Source: Hydrolagus colliei
Taxonomy: Eukaryota
NCBI GenBank assembly: GCA_035084275.1
Contig: CM068750.1
Location: 9,982,001 to 10,046,000 of the forward strand
Length of the DNA: 64,000 nucleotides
Direction: 5' to 3'
Positions 39,367 through 53,119 of the stretch are shown here, piece by piece. A program made the position numbers and the translations under genes. The notes under the pieces are model-generated. The model was not told the origin of the DNA. It was given only the letters and a program-made list of their open reading frames with translations, and did not search any database. Within the stretch, counting starts at the first letter, position 1. Each line of letters starts with the position of its first letter.

Positions 39367-40004
39367 TTTCAGCTGATTATTTTGTCGTTCATTTTTGTTT
39401 GAAATTTATTGTGAACAAAATGTGAAACTTATTACTGAAGGCACTTTATTAATGAGGGCAAACTTGGCTGGTCTATTTCCATATGCCGAGTTACCATCAT
39501 ATTAGATGAAGTCATCCACAATTTCATTTATTGACTTTTTTTGCTCTCTGATTTTTTTCAAAGTTTTTTTCTTAATCGGAGTATTAACTTGCCAATCTGT
39601 ATCTTTAAGGCTGCACTTTTGGATAATTTGTATCATAAAGAACAGATGATGGCCATGGAAGTTTTGTTTACATCATTTTTAAGTGGTCACAGATCATTGC
39701 ATGTTCTGTGCCATCATTTTGAAGCACCATATAACCCCAAATATGGAATTTTAATGTGTGCCAAATCTCTTTGTAAGCAAGACTGTCAAAAGTTCAAGTT
39801 CCATTCATTTGCTTTACATGCAGTCTGGTCCATTTAACAATGGAGTTAATTTGGAAATTCCATATATAATGTCAAGGAAAACTGTAGAATTAGTAAATAC
39901 TTAATGAGTAATGTCCATTTATGCAAGATTCCAATGAACTGGAATTACTGTACATCTAATTTTCAAAAATGCACAGAATAAATTTTGGCCATATTACCAA
40001 GTCT

Positions 40005-40126
40005 ATCAACCTGCTACTTAAATGATTGCTCGCAAAATATCCAGTCACTGTAAATCCAGTGAAGTATTTTAAGAAGTGCTTCTGACATGAAAGACGCTAC
40101 ATCAAATGGAAGAATTATTATTATTA
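40005..40126 (+). mobile_element. SINE 3' tail remnant
   Basis: CAGTCACTGTAAATCC...GTGAAGTATTTT...TGAAAGACGCTACATCAAATG..(ATT)n. Confidence 0.65.
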
Positions 40127-40374
40127 CCTGACAACAATATAGTTTTGTTTTAGTAAACATTATAATTTTAAGTTTTTAAAATTGTGGTTGTATTGCCTAA
40201 TCTTCCTATAAGTGAGGTCACATGCACCTTTTCTAATTTAAACTATTTGTATGGAGACAACAAATTCACTTTAATCCCAATTACCTATCTGTAAAGTACT
40301 CTACTATTAAATGCTAGTTGTATTTTCTTTTTGAGAGCAATACATTGAAGAAGTTTTGTTGCCTACTCCACTTT

Positions 40375-40685
40375 AGTTATACTGTATAATATTTTTAATG
40401 GAATTGAAAGGGTAAATCTAGAACAAACATTTCTGATGCACCAAGTCAGGAGAAAAAGAGGCATAGGTATAGAATTGCAAAGGGTAATTTCAGGATGGAA
40501 ACCAGGAAATATTTTTTGAGGATAATTAATGACTGAAACAGGTTGCCAGGAAAGATAGTTGAGGTCAGGACTCATTTAAAAGTAACAGCTTGATACTGTG
40601 ATGGGAAGATGGTAGGATAAGTATTCTGCAAGGATGAGATCAAATGGGCCGAAGTGCTTTCTTTATCCAAACCAATCTTGTGAAA
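40375..40685 (+). mobile_element. CR1 LINE 3' fragment
   Basis: GGAATTGAAAGGGTAAATC...AGAGGCATAGG...TTCAGGA...CAGGTTGCCAGG...CATTTAAAA...GGATGAGATCAAATGGGCCGAAG. Similar to the 31370 and 33575 fragments. Confidence 0.65.
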
Positions 40686-42446
40686 AGCGCCTGCAGCTAC
40701 TCTCCACCCTGTAAACCACAGAAGTCGACCACAAAGAGCGTGAATCTGATTAGGAGCAAGATCTATGCCACCAGATAAGTGGAAGCACTGGAAAATCTGG
40801 ATATAATCGCTCAAAACTAGCAAATTCTACAATCTAGTGGACGGGATGTACCACTGACAATAAAGACTTCACAGAACCTACTCATCCCTCATACGATTCA
40901 TGCACCCCTTGTTACGGTAATGTTACCCTCCCACCCCTCGCCACCACCCACATTAAACATGTTTGAAAGATGTACAAGCCAAAGATCAGTCAGAGCAAAT
41001 GTTGCTCAGCCTCTGGATAAGATGGGCAAAGTCATTAAGGGACTGCATTCTCTTTTGAATGGTTGGCAGAGCACCACTCCAACCCCAGCCTCTGTAAATA
41101 CCAACCATTCCCTTTTAGGAACTGGAGAGATTGACATGAGTAGGAAGCAGGGTGTACACCTACTCCAGGCAGCAGATATATAGCATCATAATGCAGCCTT
41201 CACTTGCACAAAATGCAGTTTAACCTGCAGATTAGCTTTGCTTGCTAAACTTTTCCCCAAGAATGGCTGCATCCAATATACTGCACCCTGGCATTGAGAT
41301 TTGGAATACTGAGTACTAGCATATACAACTGTGCCTTCATTTACCCACAGACGCATATACATTCAATGCACACTTCTGGAAAAAGCAATATATGCAATAA
41401 GGACTCCAGTATTTAAGTCATTGTAAGATTCTGAAATGTAAATTTATAAAAGGAGGTAAAATGGTATGTCCTTGATGTTGCATTTGAAAATAAACCAACA
41501 AACTGAGCTGCTTTGTAAAACAACTTGAGGCATATTATAGTCACAGTGGATTGATCAGACAGGCGTCAGTCTCTAAATGGGCTCAGTTTTAAGTTTCCAC
41601 AACTTTGTCCAGACGATGATGCATCATGTCACAATAACAAACTGCTTCCTTTCTGTTTTGGGGACGTGATGTGTAATTAGTCTGACCTGGGTTCAATGCA
41701 TTCTGAAGCTGGTTCAGATAAAGCTGTACACACAGACCTCTGTTAGAAGAAACAGGTGTTGGCTTTGATTAGGGAGAAATTACATCATCTGAACAAAACC
41801 ACAGCCAGACACAAAAACATTTGCAGATATGAAGCTGTTCTAATGAGAGCCAAATTGATTTGGCATCCAGTATAGTATTTTTGCCAAGAAAAGCAAAGAG
41901 GCCTGTGCCAGTCCAGATTCTGTTTACTGAGTGTCATACTTCATCATTACTAAGACCAATAATAGCAATGGGAAGACCTTTGAAGCAGGGAGTATGAGGA
42001 AAGGCTGTGTGGCTACCTCTGATGTCAGATCCAATGTTCTGATTGCAAAGTATTTCCTGGATAAAGATCATGTTTGTCAGATGAAATGGAATTTAATCAG
42101 TACAATGTAGATCATAGGGCAGCCACACTAATTATACCATCTACCAAATCACTGATAAAACCTCTGATACACATATAAGACACAATGGCATTGTTTCACA
42201 TTACAAGGGCTAATTGTGAAGCAGTGCGCTCTGTAAAATCATTAGTCCTGATCACATGGTAGAATGCCATCAGAAAAAGAATCACTCCGCACTTCTTCAG
42301 GCACAACGAGAGGAAGATATTGTTAACTCATTCAGAAGAAAAATTAAAATGCATCTCATAGACTGTCCCTCCCCAAATGTGCTATTTCATCAGTCCTGAA
42401 ATGCAATAGTTTTTAAATCTGCATGGTGTGGTTTTTAACAGGTTTA

Positions 42447-42545
42447 TAATAATAATCCTTGGATTTGATTTAGCGCCTTATCACGTCTTTAGGATCTCTC
42501 AAAGCACTTCACACATATATACTGTACTGCAAAGTGAATAGACTA
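42447..42545 (-). mobile_element. SINE 3' tail remnant
   Basis: TAATAATAATCCTTGGATTTGATTTAGCGCCTTATCACGTC...CTCAAAGCACTTCAC. Confidence 0.78.
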
Positions 42546-43495
42546 TTTTATGTTTGTTCCACATTTTATACTAGCGTAAGGAATCAAAGTACTGTACTGT
42601 ACAAAGAGAGATTGATCGGTACAAAGGCTTTTCCTTTTTATAAAGTGGCCAACAATTTTTTTTAATATTGTATATTTAAGTTGTAGAGCTATTTTGTGAG
42701 GGATTATTATTTGATTTTATTATTCGTTAAACTGTTAAATTATTCAAACAATATTATATTGATATATTATTTGGAGATAGTGGAGTCTCACATAAGGTAT
42801 TTCCTAATGGGATCCCTATTACAATAAAATCCCATTGGGACTCCCATTGACTGGAGAAAGCTCAGCTTCCGGAATAGATTGTGTCAGAGCGGAATTCCTC
42901 TGTGTCGGTGGCATGTTCTTCAGGTTACCAGGAATAGTGTCTATTTGTGAAACGTAGATTCCTTATTTAAAAAAACATGTTACAAAATAATGCAAATTAG
43001 ATCCCACAAGAGAGAAAAAAAATGAAGTAAGGTTAGTCAGCCCTTCAAACTTGGTAAGTATGCTTGTTTTAGTGTTTCTGCTCATCAGAGTTTAGGGCTG
43101 AACTGTATAGGATGGATGGATGAGTTTATTCTGAGAAATTTGATATCACATAGAAAAGTCAAGATGTTTGTTTAAAATTAAAAAAATTAAAAATCAGTCT
43201 GCTATCATCATTAATTATACTGTTTGATGTAGATGAATAGAAAATACAGAATTTAGATGGGATTTGATGGTTTAACACAAATGAGGGATTCTGTTAATAT
43301 CTATGCCACCCAAACTATCTTCTCAAATATAATAACAACAAGTTGATTTATTAGCTTTACATAATGTTGATTGTTTGAACTGTAAATTGATTCATAAACA
43401 GTTACAGAGAGCTTGTGAATAGTCTTGTGTAATATGTTACAATGAAAGCAATTTGAATGGTGCAGAGATCATATGATAGGTGTAAGGGGACTTGT

Positions 43496-43840
43496 GGAGT
43501 CCTGTGGCTCAGCGGTAAGGGCGCTTGCTTTGCAAGTGAGAGACCTAGTTTCTATTCTCGACTGGGTGAAATGCTGGCCAAGTTTCCTTACTCCACAAGC
43601 CTTTGTTTACCTACCAGTAAGTAGGAACCCGGTCATTAGTTGATTGGTGGATCACTTTTCCGGGGATAATAATTTCTCAAAAAGAAAAAATGTGATCACT
43701 CAATCCATGACTGTGGAGCTAACACATTTTGCCCACAATTATACAGTTAACTCACTTTGCAGTATATCTGTGAAGCGCTTTGAGATGTTTAAAAGACGTG
43801 AAAAGCTCGATGTCAAACGCAAGGATTATTATTATTATTA
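43496..43840 (+). mobile_element. tRNA-derived SINE, family A, longer internal variant
   Basis: GGAGTCCTGTGGCTCAGCGG head with A/B-box-like motifs. 3' end GTGAAGCGCTTTGAGA...GCAAGG(ATT)n is shared with other copies in the window. Confidence 0.88.
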
Positions 43841-44128
43841 GAGTATCTTAGAGAACAGCAAACTAGCCTTGTCACTATTTCACGGATACTGTTGATTTTA
43901 TACAGTATAGATTCCTGAACCACTGGGACAGAGATGCTTACTGCTTTGTAACAGAGTGATTATATAGAAAAAAAATTGTCTTATTATTCACTGCACCACA
44001 CCTAGTTATATTCCGTACAATTGTCTTGAAGAGTCTTTGTGAGGTACTTACACTAGAATGACATAGGCCACATTTTTGCAGTTCAGGAATGAAATTAAAT
44101 TATCAATTTGTGAGGTCAGCCAGCCACT

Positions 44129-44260
44129 AATTGGACCGCGTAGCCAATCCTTGACTGCATAAACACAAAGTTACTACATCATAGAGTAAATCCCTTGTAG
44201 TGCTTTGAGATATTTCAATGATGTGGTAAGGGGCTATATTAAATGCACGGATTATTATTA
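44129..44260 (+). mobile_element. SINE 3' tail remnant
   Basis: GTGCTTTGAGA...GGGCTATATTAAATGCACGGATTATTATT. Confidence 0.7.
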
Positions 44261-44549
44261 GGGTTATTACTATATTAAACATTTATATAGTCATTTACTA
44301 CTGAGAGTAAACTATTACATCCGTGGGGTAAAAAAGAAAATGATAGTACTGTAACAGCATTGAACAAAGATGCTAGAATGCTGGTAATTAAATGATTCGA
44401 CAAAACAAGCTGTGTTAATATGCTAAGCATAGTGTCAAAAATCCATCCTGTTAGAGGTCATGACCTGAAGGTCTAAAAGAAGGTAACCAGAAACTTTAAT
44501 ATTTTTTCTTTTCATGGTTAGAGCTTGTGAAATACATGACAGATTATCC

Positions 44550-44762
44550 AGATGGATTGAAAAATAGTTTTGCAATAGGAGATAGAGGAAGCTGATTCAT
44601 GGCAAATACTTTAGCTGAGAAGCAGTCACCAACGGAGTTTCACGTGAGCCTATTCTGGATGTCTTGCTTTTCAGATACTTTGTAAACGATATGGAGCAAT
44701 CTATAGATGTAATAGATATTTTGTAATAGATGTACAGTATTACAAACTTTGTTGATAACACT
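44550..44762 (+). mobile_element. Decayed CR1 LINE reverse-transcriptase fragment
   Basis: Manual translation gives WIEK..., AVTNGVSREPILDVLLFRYFVNDME and NFVDNT. These parallel the CR1 RT motifs WI.NWL, VTSGVPQGSVLGPLLF.IYINDL and KFADDT. Stops and frameshifts present. Confidence 0.7.
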
Positions 44763-46689
44763 ATTATTTGTTAACCTCCATTTGTTAACAAAACCCTCAA
44801 TAAACGGACAGCATATATGTATAAAAGAACTGGCTGAAAATGTAATTTATATATGAGGCTCATCAAATAGAATCCCTTCTGATGTATGAAAGATATGTCA
44901 ATAAATAATTCAAAAAAAAAATTCTTGGACGGTCATATCACACTACAGCATCTCTCAAAAAGACTACTTAAGTTGATGTTCTTTGTAATTTATTGCCACG
45001 TTTATAAGGAAGCAATCACGCAACCATTCATTTATTGTATATAATAAGCAAAATATGATTAAGGATTCTTTTAAATGTACAATATTTTGGTCAAATGAAA
45101 AAACAAATCAGAAATGGTTCTCCCTTTTTATTAACATGTGGTTTATAGCCCAGTGAACGATTATAGTCCTTGCAAAAGTGACAAACTGCTTGCAATTAAA
45201 ACAAGACATGTGCCTGGATGTGTGTGTGGTCCCATTTCCTTGAATTTTGCAGCCGTCCCAAAAAATCATGTTGAGATTTGAGGAACTGAACTGGCATCTT
45301 TGAAGTGGTGTTTGATATTATTTTTGATGTGTTTTTGTACTCTTAAACTTGGAGTTAGCTTATGATTTTTACGACACTCAAATTTTTACAGCTGGTTATG
45401 ATATTGTATCTTGGAATATGAACAGCATTATTATCACTTAATATCTATGTCGGGATCATACTGACATGGAGCATTGTTTTAAATTTTAATCGTGTATGTT
45501 TTTATAACAGTTTAGAAAATGCTCTTTGCAGTTTGAAACTGTCGCCATGAAGTCGTTGTACTGGTACTTATACCTGCATCAGGATTCCAGAAATATGGTA
45601 CTACTTTAATGTCTACCAAATATATTTTCATGATATGAAAAATCCATCAAGATAATTCAAATAAAGCAAATAAACAAATAAAGCATTTCAATGCCAGCAT
45701 ATGATGTATTAACTATTGTATTAATTTTGACTTATATATTTTATCATAACTGTCTTGAGTTTTGACGAGTTTCTCATACCCTTCAAACAGGCTTGCTCTT
45801 CACTTCTCTTCATGCCTCAGGCTGATGCTTTAAATTATGGAAAATCAGATGTTTTCAGCACGTTTGCCCTCAGTCCATAAAGCTTTCGAAAAAAAAATCC
45901 GGGTAATTTTTGATGTGCCAATAAAGATGATGGCACATTTCTGAAGACTTGTTCTAATTCAATTAATCTTAATTGAGACTTAAAAAGACTGAGGTACGTC
46001 AAAGAGCAGATTGCAGATCTCTTTGGATTGTTATTCAGGCGTATATAGGTCAAACAAGACAATATTAGAGCCAACATTATAAACTGTTTTAGTTTGAGTT
46101 TCAGTGCCAGTACATTAACATCTCATTTTGTTTTTATATCTCTTTGTGCAAAGCTATTTAAATCGATTGATATATTGCATTTCTGCCATATTTCCATGCT
46201 CCTGACCTGAGGAAGAACTTAAAGTGAGTTTCAAAGGTATTATTTCCCCAATATGGGTAGTTTAATTTTAAAATGTGCTTGCTTTACAAATCACACATTA
46301 AATGCATCTCTGGATTTTTGGCTCTGATGTAAGTGAGAAATTTCAAAGCTGATGATTCATAAAACACTTCACTGGCACCTTTTTGCTGCCAAATTGGGAA
46401 CTTGCTCCATCGTGGTCCAAAGTGGATTGTAGGAAAGCAGGGTTCCCCTGGGTCTGCATGACAACTTTGTGGTTAACAGCAGGGCTCTACGTGTTCAAAT
46501 CTGTGCTAATCTAGAATGCAAACATCACATCTTTGTCTCGTGGTTGGTACTTGTACCATGATAAATTAAAATATTTCTGCTTCACACAATCAGGTAAAGA
46601 AAGTAACGTTAATGCTTAGGTGTTCAAATCTAATTTGAGGCTTGATATTATGTTTGCCTGCTAAAAAACATAGTCTCTACAAAGACTAT

Positions 46690-46968
46690 GTAAAGCATGT
46701 AAAGCATTTTACGACATACTCCTGATGTGAAAGTTGCTATATTAAACAGAAGCATTATTATTATTGATACATGCCTCAGATTCAGTAAATAATGCTGTCT
46801 AATGCTTCCCCCTCTCTAATTGTCACATCCTCCTGACATGAAAGGCACTGTAAAAATGTAATAGTCCTTCAGATAGACTATTATTCTATGAAGCACTTTG
46901 GGATGTCTAGAATATGTGAAAAGCGCTACATCTAATGCATGGATTATTATTATTATTGTATTATTATT
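46690..46968 (+). mobile_element. Cluster of two to three SINE 3' tail remnants
   Basis: Tails at ~46697-46765 and ~46885-46968, plus a weaker CTGACATGAAAGGCACTGTAAAAATG copy at ~46833-46860. Confidence 0.7.
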
Positions 46969-48589
46969 TCACCCTGCTCACTAAAATGACAAAGAACATC
47001 TCTGAAGGAGATATTTAACTATCAACCTAATAGATCATTGTCAATTTATGGAATATTTACTGTGTTAATATTTTCTCCACTTAGGACACCAGTTATATTG
47101 TTTCCAGTTTGGAAACTATGTTCCTGTCTCAGTTCGAAGAGCAATGTTTTGAAGAATCTTCCTGGCGTGGAAGGCACTATAAAAATGTAAATTGTACTAT
47201 AAATTGTACTGTAACTACTAGCAACACACAAAACAAACTTAGAATTAATTATGAAGCAACTGGAAAACCTAACAAAAGGAAACTGGAGTTTACTCCACTT
47301 CAAAGAGGACACTACATGGAGCACACATAGCATAATAATAACCTTCTGAAAGAGTGTTAGTTTACAATGGTGGGGGGGACGTGGAAAGGGGTAGTATCCC
47401 GGGTGGAAATTGGTTCAGCCTCCTTTGCTCTTTGTTGATATTCTATAGTATTATAAGTACAGTACTTAAATGGACCTCTGGTTAAGTTTTTTTTATTGTG
47501 ATTTCTATGTGACACAGGAGCCATTTCTTGTGTTCTGAGCCAAAGACCTGAGTGATAAAATTGATAGTGAATGGCTCATTGACTGACAGATGTATTTATT
47601 TTCAATAGGAAACTGTCCAGGAGCTCATTAGTATTCTCTTTCATCAATACAGTCATCAATGCAATATAGCTCCTGAACATGAACTCTGACCCTTATTCCA
47701 TTGAATTGGTAAAGGAGCTGCTGCCTCTGTGTTTCCCAAGTTGTGTTCCTTTGTATTCTAGCCCTAAGGTCATACATTTTATGTACTCTTCAGCCTGTTG
47801 CAGCTACACACGAAAGAAAACCCTCTTTCCTTTCAGGTTTCCTGATAAGTCTGTTGGTCTGTTGAGTGAAGCCCCTTCAGATTTCAAGGAAAATGATTAC
47901 TGATGGTATTCATTAAGGATTGTTTAGCAACCCAAACTCTGAGATATGAATATATTAAAGGACATTATATTATATTAACAACCATAGTGTAAAACAATTA
48001 TCAGGATTTTTTTTTACTACAGCTAGTAACAAAGCCACTAAAGTTAACCTTAATACTCAGGTTAATTCAAGTTACCAGCTTCAGATTATTGTCCAAAAAC
48101 CTCTGACAGAGGTGTGCATGTGTGGACATCGGGTAAGGACAGAACTAGGTTTAGCTGCACAGACCCCTCCCCTCCTTCTCCTCCTCCCTCGGGGTGAATA
48201 GCTGGTGGCCTTTTGAGGAGACCAACTAACACTCAAGGAAATTTTAGATGCCATTCCATAGCTTTGGATGCATTGAATGCATTTTATAATCAGCTGAGAG
48301 TTTCCTTGAGTACTCTAACTTGAAGAAAGCTGAGACATTCCTTTGATACGACCCAGTGAAAAAGCTGACGAATATTCTTATTGGCCCAAGAACCCTTATA
48401 AACGCGTTTATAACTCAGTTTAGAAAGTGAAACAAATCACTTATGTTAAGCAGTTATCTATTCACCTTGATTGGAAAGAGGTTAACGTTTTCTTCATTAC
48501 TTGATGACAAGTCTCTAATGTCTCCCCAGTCTCTTGCTCTCCATGTTCCAACTCACAGGAAATAGATCGAAAAGACTACAGTATTATAC

Positions 48590-48812
48590 TCAGCCTTTTC
48601 AGCTGGGAGTTAAAGATCCCATAGTAGTACTTGAAAAGAGAAGCACATTTTCCCCAATGTTCTGGTCAACATTCCCCCAGACAAAATTGATCATTCGATT
48701 TATAGCTGTTTGTAGTGCACTGCTGTTTGCAAATTGGCTGCCTTGTTCGCCTACAAGAATACACAGTCACTATACTTTACTGCAGTAAATCCTGTGTTCT
48801 TGAGATGCTTAA
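48590..48812 (+). mobile_element. Deu-domain-like SINE fragment
   Basis: TAAAGATCCCAT, TTCTGGTCAACATTCCCC, GCAAATTGGCTGCC, ACAGTCAC. Confidence 0.7.
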
Positions 48813-48889
48813 TCAAAGAGTATTATTAAATATTCTCCATGTACAAGTCAAGGGAATGAATGTCAAGCCCTTCCTCTCAATAATAACTT

Positions 48890-49042
48890 TTGAGAGAGCA
48901 AATAGTTATTTGGAGAGAACAGGTTTGCAGGGCTAAGAGGAGAGAGGGGGGAATGGGATTGATTTGGACAGCTTTTTTCAAAGAGCGAACACAGACACAA
49001 TTGACCGAATGGCCTCCTTCTGTACTGTATAATTCCATGATA
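48890..49042 (+). mobile_element. CR1 LINE 3' end
   Basis: TTTGCAGGGCTA...GGAATGGGATTGATTTGGACAGCTTTTTTCAAAGAGC...CCGAATGGCCTCCTTCTGTACTGTATAATTCCATGAT, typical of CR1 3' termini (recalled). Confidence 0.75.
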
Positions 49043-52000
49043 TCCCATCTAGGTACCTTAAGTAGAGGTCATTTTAATAGAGATTGGAGATTTGGCTGAT
49101 CAATTTTTCCTCTCAAGGTCAGGAACAATGAGGCCAATTGTAAAGCCTCCACCCTCGACCTGTTTGACGTCAGCTGACTGAACACAGGCCAGAGATTGAA
49201 CTTGTAACTTCCTCGGTCTCTAGCAACATGCTCCATTTATACTCCGCTTGCAGGTTGCTCAAAAACAATTCCAAGTAATTTTTAAACAATTCTCCCAGAG
49301 GATGAACATTTACTGCCTCAACTGAATTTAATTTTTTTTCAGTCCTTCAAGTGCTAGAATTAAAGGAGTGTTCCCATGGGAACGGCAATCTCTTCACTCA
49401 TTGAAAATGTCATTTGAGATCAGTCAATGACACTCCTGATTGGTTAGCAGCACTATCACAATTTATAATAGAACGGATATACAATCCAGCTGCTTTACTT
49501 TGTCTTTTTGTCTCATTATTCACAGATCTATTTCAGAATCACCATACATCACAATTGGCTTGTTTCCACTGCAACTCACTGTCTGCAGTTTTCCGAGCAG
49601 TATTATTGTTCCAGTCCAGAAACTTTTGGTTCATAAATAAGGGAACCAGTTTCTCATTCAATCCCCAAGAAACTAAAATGACAAGAAACCAAAATGACTT
49701 TGTTTCCAAACACTATGCGATGCTTCATGTGATTACCTTTTAGAATCAATGCTTAAAGAAAGCACATTATAGAGTTAAACTGGTTTGAATTGTCCTTTTA
49801 TGAGTACATAATGTGTCAAAGGAATATTTGATTTGTCAATTATACTTTGCAGAAATACATTATTTTTAAAGGGCAACAGAACCTCAATTATAAATGTGGA
49901 TTAGCTAAAAGGTCACTTACCATTACTGTCAATTGTTGTTTGTGTCCAGCTGAGCAAAACTGCTGTCACCAGAAACTGTATGCACTTCACCCATATGAGC
50001 TGAAAGAATGCCACTCCCTTTTGGGCAATCTAACAGTGGGCAGAATGGTTTTCAGCAAGTGGGATGTAACCAGGTACTCTTTCAAACTCTTTAACATTTT
50101 AATGCATAATTATCCATGTTAAATTGCCATGTCAAGAAGGAGAGGAGACAATTGCAACTGGATTTCATGCCATGGTACAATAATCTACATTTGCTCTCTT
50201 TCTCTCCTCACTCCCACCCCCATAAAGTGTCAGATGATGACCTACTTTTAGAAAAACTTAGCCAGACATTGAGAAAATAAGCATGATAAGCAGAGAACGA
50301 CTCAGACAGAGTAATAGTTTACAGACTCCTTTAAGAATTCATTCTTCATTTTTAGCAAAAACACTGGAAGCAACCTATCCAGGAGTCCAATCCTGTCTGG
50401 GACAGATAGATAGAACTCTCCACTATATTTCTTGAATCACTGTTGTTGTTGTTGTTGTCCTGCGTTAATCTGAATGCTTCAATTCTACATTGAGCTAAAG
50501 CCTGATAAATCTTTACTCTTGTTTACTTATTATGATAAGAATAGTTCTAGACAGGTTTCCATATAAATCTTAAAATGAAATTGCAAGGTCTGGAAGAGCT
50601 CACTGTTAAATTGCTTCTGCATGTCTTGGTTGAAATAGCTCAGCTAAATTGAGAAATAAGTTGGGAATTGGTTTTTAGCCTTGCCTCGAATAAAATGTTT
50701 GTACTCATTTTGGTGGTACTCAGTCATTTTTGATACAGTTAACGTAAAGAAAAAAAGTTTAAAATGGGCATCAATTTACTGCAGTCGCAGCAGAGGGAGT
50801 AGCAAAGTAATAAAGACTGTTGGTCACCTAACTCGAGGCACAGAAACCAGAAGGATGCTAGAATAATTGACAGCAAATGCTTGGATACCCCCAAATAATT
50901 GATGGAGTGATGTTGGGAATATGTAACACATAAACCTGTGCTTCTCAAAGTCATGATGTAGCAGATGTGGAATTCGGTGTTGAAAGTGATATAATTTCAG
51001 TAGACGTTGAACAGGTCACTCTCTCCCTATCCAGTCTCTGACTTGCTTCACTTTCACTCACACTTTCCTCCTCTTTTCTCACTTGTATCTGTTTCAAGCC
51101 TAGCTGTAGACAGTTGGTGTAACCTCTGGAACAAAATGTAAACATTGAAAGTTGCACATATGTCGGTAACTGGTGATGTAATGTGTTTGCAAAGCAGAAA
51201 CAGTTCCCTGATGCAAGCAAGTAGCCTTTAACTGTATGCACAGTGGAGCCTGTTGACATTATCTAAATTCATGTGCATTGTCGAGATGGGATGCAGCATG
51301 TTTAATCTAAATGCTCTCAATTTAGCATCCAGCCTGGTAACTCTGACTGATAATTCTTTGACTGTGCCTCAAGAATTTGTTTTAGTTTGTATTGACTTGT
51401 GTGGGCTACTCCATTCAAATGTGATGACCATACATGTAGGATGAGGAATATTGTTTTTTGACTTGCACAAAAAATGTATTGGAGGGCAGGGCACCATTAT
51501 TAAGTCTATTTCCACACATTTATTGCTTTGTGTGTGTGGTGTGGGGTGGGTGGGGTGGAGTGGGGGGTGGGTGGCGCGAATGAGCAATAATTGAGTTGAC
51601 TTACTTAGCATTTGAACATAATAAAGACTTATTAAAATGCAAGTTATTTCTTATGTTATAATAAAAATAATTTTAACGGTTCAAATTCCTTTTCAGTCAC
51701 ACTATAACTACCTCTAGAAAATACTGCTGGAGTTGATTTAAATGTAACTGTGCATGTTAATTCAGCTCTCTAATGTCTTAAGATTCAGATTCTCCGCCCA
51801 GCTAGTTTTCCATATAATGACCTCAGTACTTAGTAATCAGTATTAGAAGCAATTTTAATAAAACATTCATAATGAATTGGCAGTAAGACAGAAATAAAAA
51901 GGATGTTGAAATTAACGACAATTATGTTTGAAACTGATACTCCTTTAAACCAAATGCATTTATTTCAAGCTTAATTAAAATGTTATGGTGAGAGTGTGCA

Positions 52001-52128
52001 TTCCAGAGTAACAAAGAATGTACACATGGGACACCCATGATATTTGTAGTTTTGTTTGGAGACCCTCAAGTATGGTGAGAAGCTTTCTGTGGAGAAAAGC
52101 TTCTCACTTGCTTTGGTAGCCATTGGAG

Positions 52129-52184
52129 TCAGCCATGATACTTTCAGCCTCTTTCAAAAGAGGCCAAGGTTACAATGAGATATG
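52129..52184. repeat. 56-bp dispersed direct repeat, copy 1
   Basis: 51/56 identical to 53064-53119. Confidence 0.92.
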
Positions 52185-53063
52185 ACCAAAATAAGTAATC
52201 CTTTATATATAACAACGTATTTTATAAGCTAAGCATAATCATATAACTCAATCATGGGCCTAACCTGACTTCGCTTGATTGTTTGTAAATCATTTTTCTA
52301 TGGAGCCTCTTGTACTTTATTTCATCAGTTCCGTTTAGAAAGAAAAATATCAATCTTTTCTTTTTAAAAATGTTCAATCACAATTACAGGTTCCAACAGG
52401 AGAACATATAAAATCCTGTAGGATTGGAGGAATAATATTACTGGAAAATATATGGCTACACAAACCGGAAATGTACATTTGTGCGAGATGATGAGTTTGC
52501 TTTTAAAAACTCTTGCAATAACCCATCTTTTCCTCTGCTCCATAGTACCGTTTTATTTTTCAAGACTAGAATGTTTGAATGAATGCCTTCTTTTCTATGT
52601 GGTGATATTTTGTTGCAGATGTGATCAAATAGCCCAAACAAGTATGAAGCGCAAAATTAGAATCAATGTTGTTGTTACACAAAAGAAGAGTTAGCTCTAT
52701 GTTAAAAGATTTGTGCCACAAAATATAAAGGGTTTAGCAGACACATTTGTAAAACACTTCATGCACAAGTCTCTGTTTACAAGAGCAATTCCCATGATAT
52801 TCCTTAGGATTAAGATCTCTCTTGACTTTTCCCAAAATGAAAGTGTAAAGTGATACATTTGCTTGAATGTGGCTAATATGTCTTTCATCTGTCCTTGCTT
52901 TCATGCAAAAACTGTACAAACATTACAACAACAACAATTTGCATTTATAGAGCGCCCTTCACGCCGGACGGCATCTAAAAGTGACGTTAATGCTTGTCAC
53001 CTTTTCAAGTGCTTAAGGCTTTCTGTTTTTACATGGAGAAGATTATTTTTGTGACTGCAGAAA

Positions 53064-53119
53064 TCGGCCATGATACTTTCAAGCTCTTTCGAAAGAGGCC
53101 AAGGTTACAACGAGATATG
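53064..53119. repeat. 56-bp dispersed direct repeat, copy 2
   Basis: 51/56 identical to 52129-52184. Contains the perfect palindrome CTCTTTCGAAAGAG. Confidence 0.92.
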
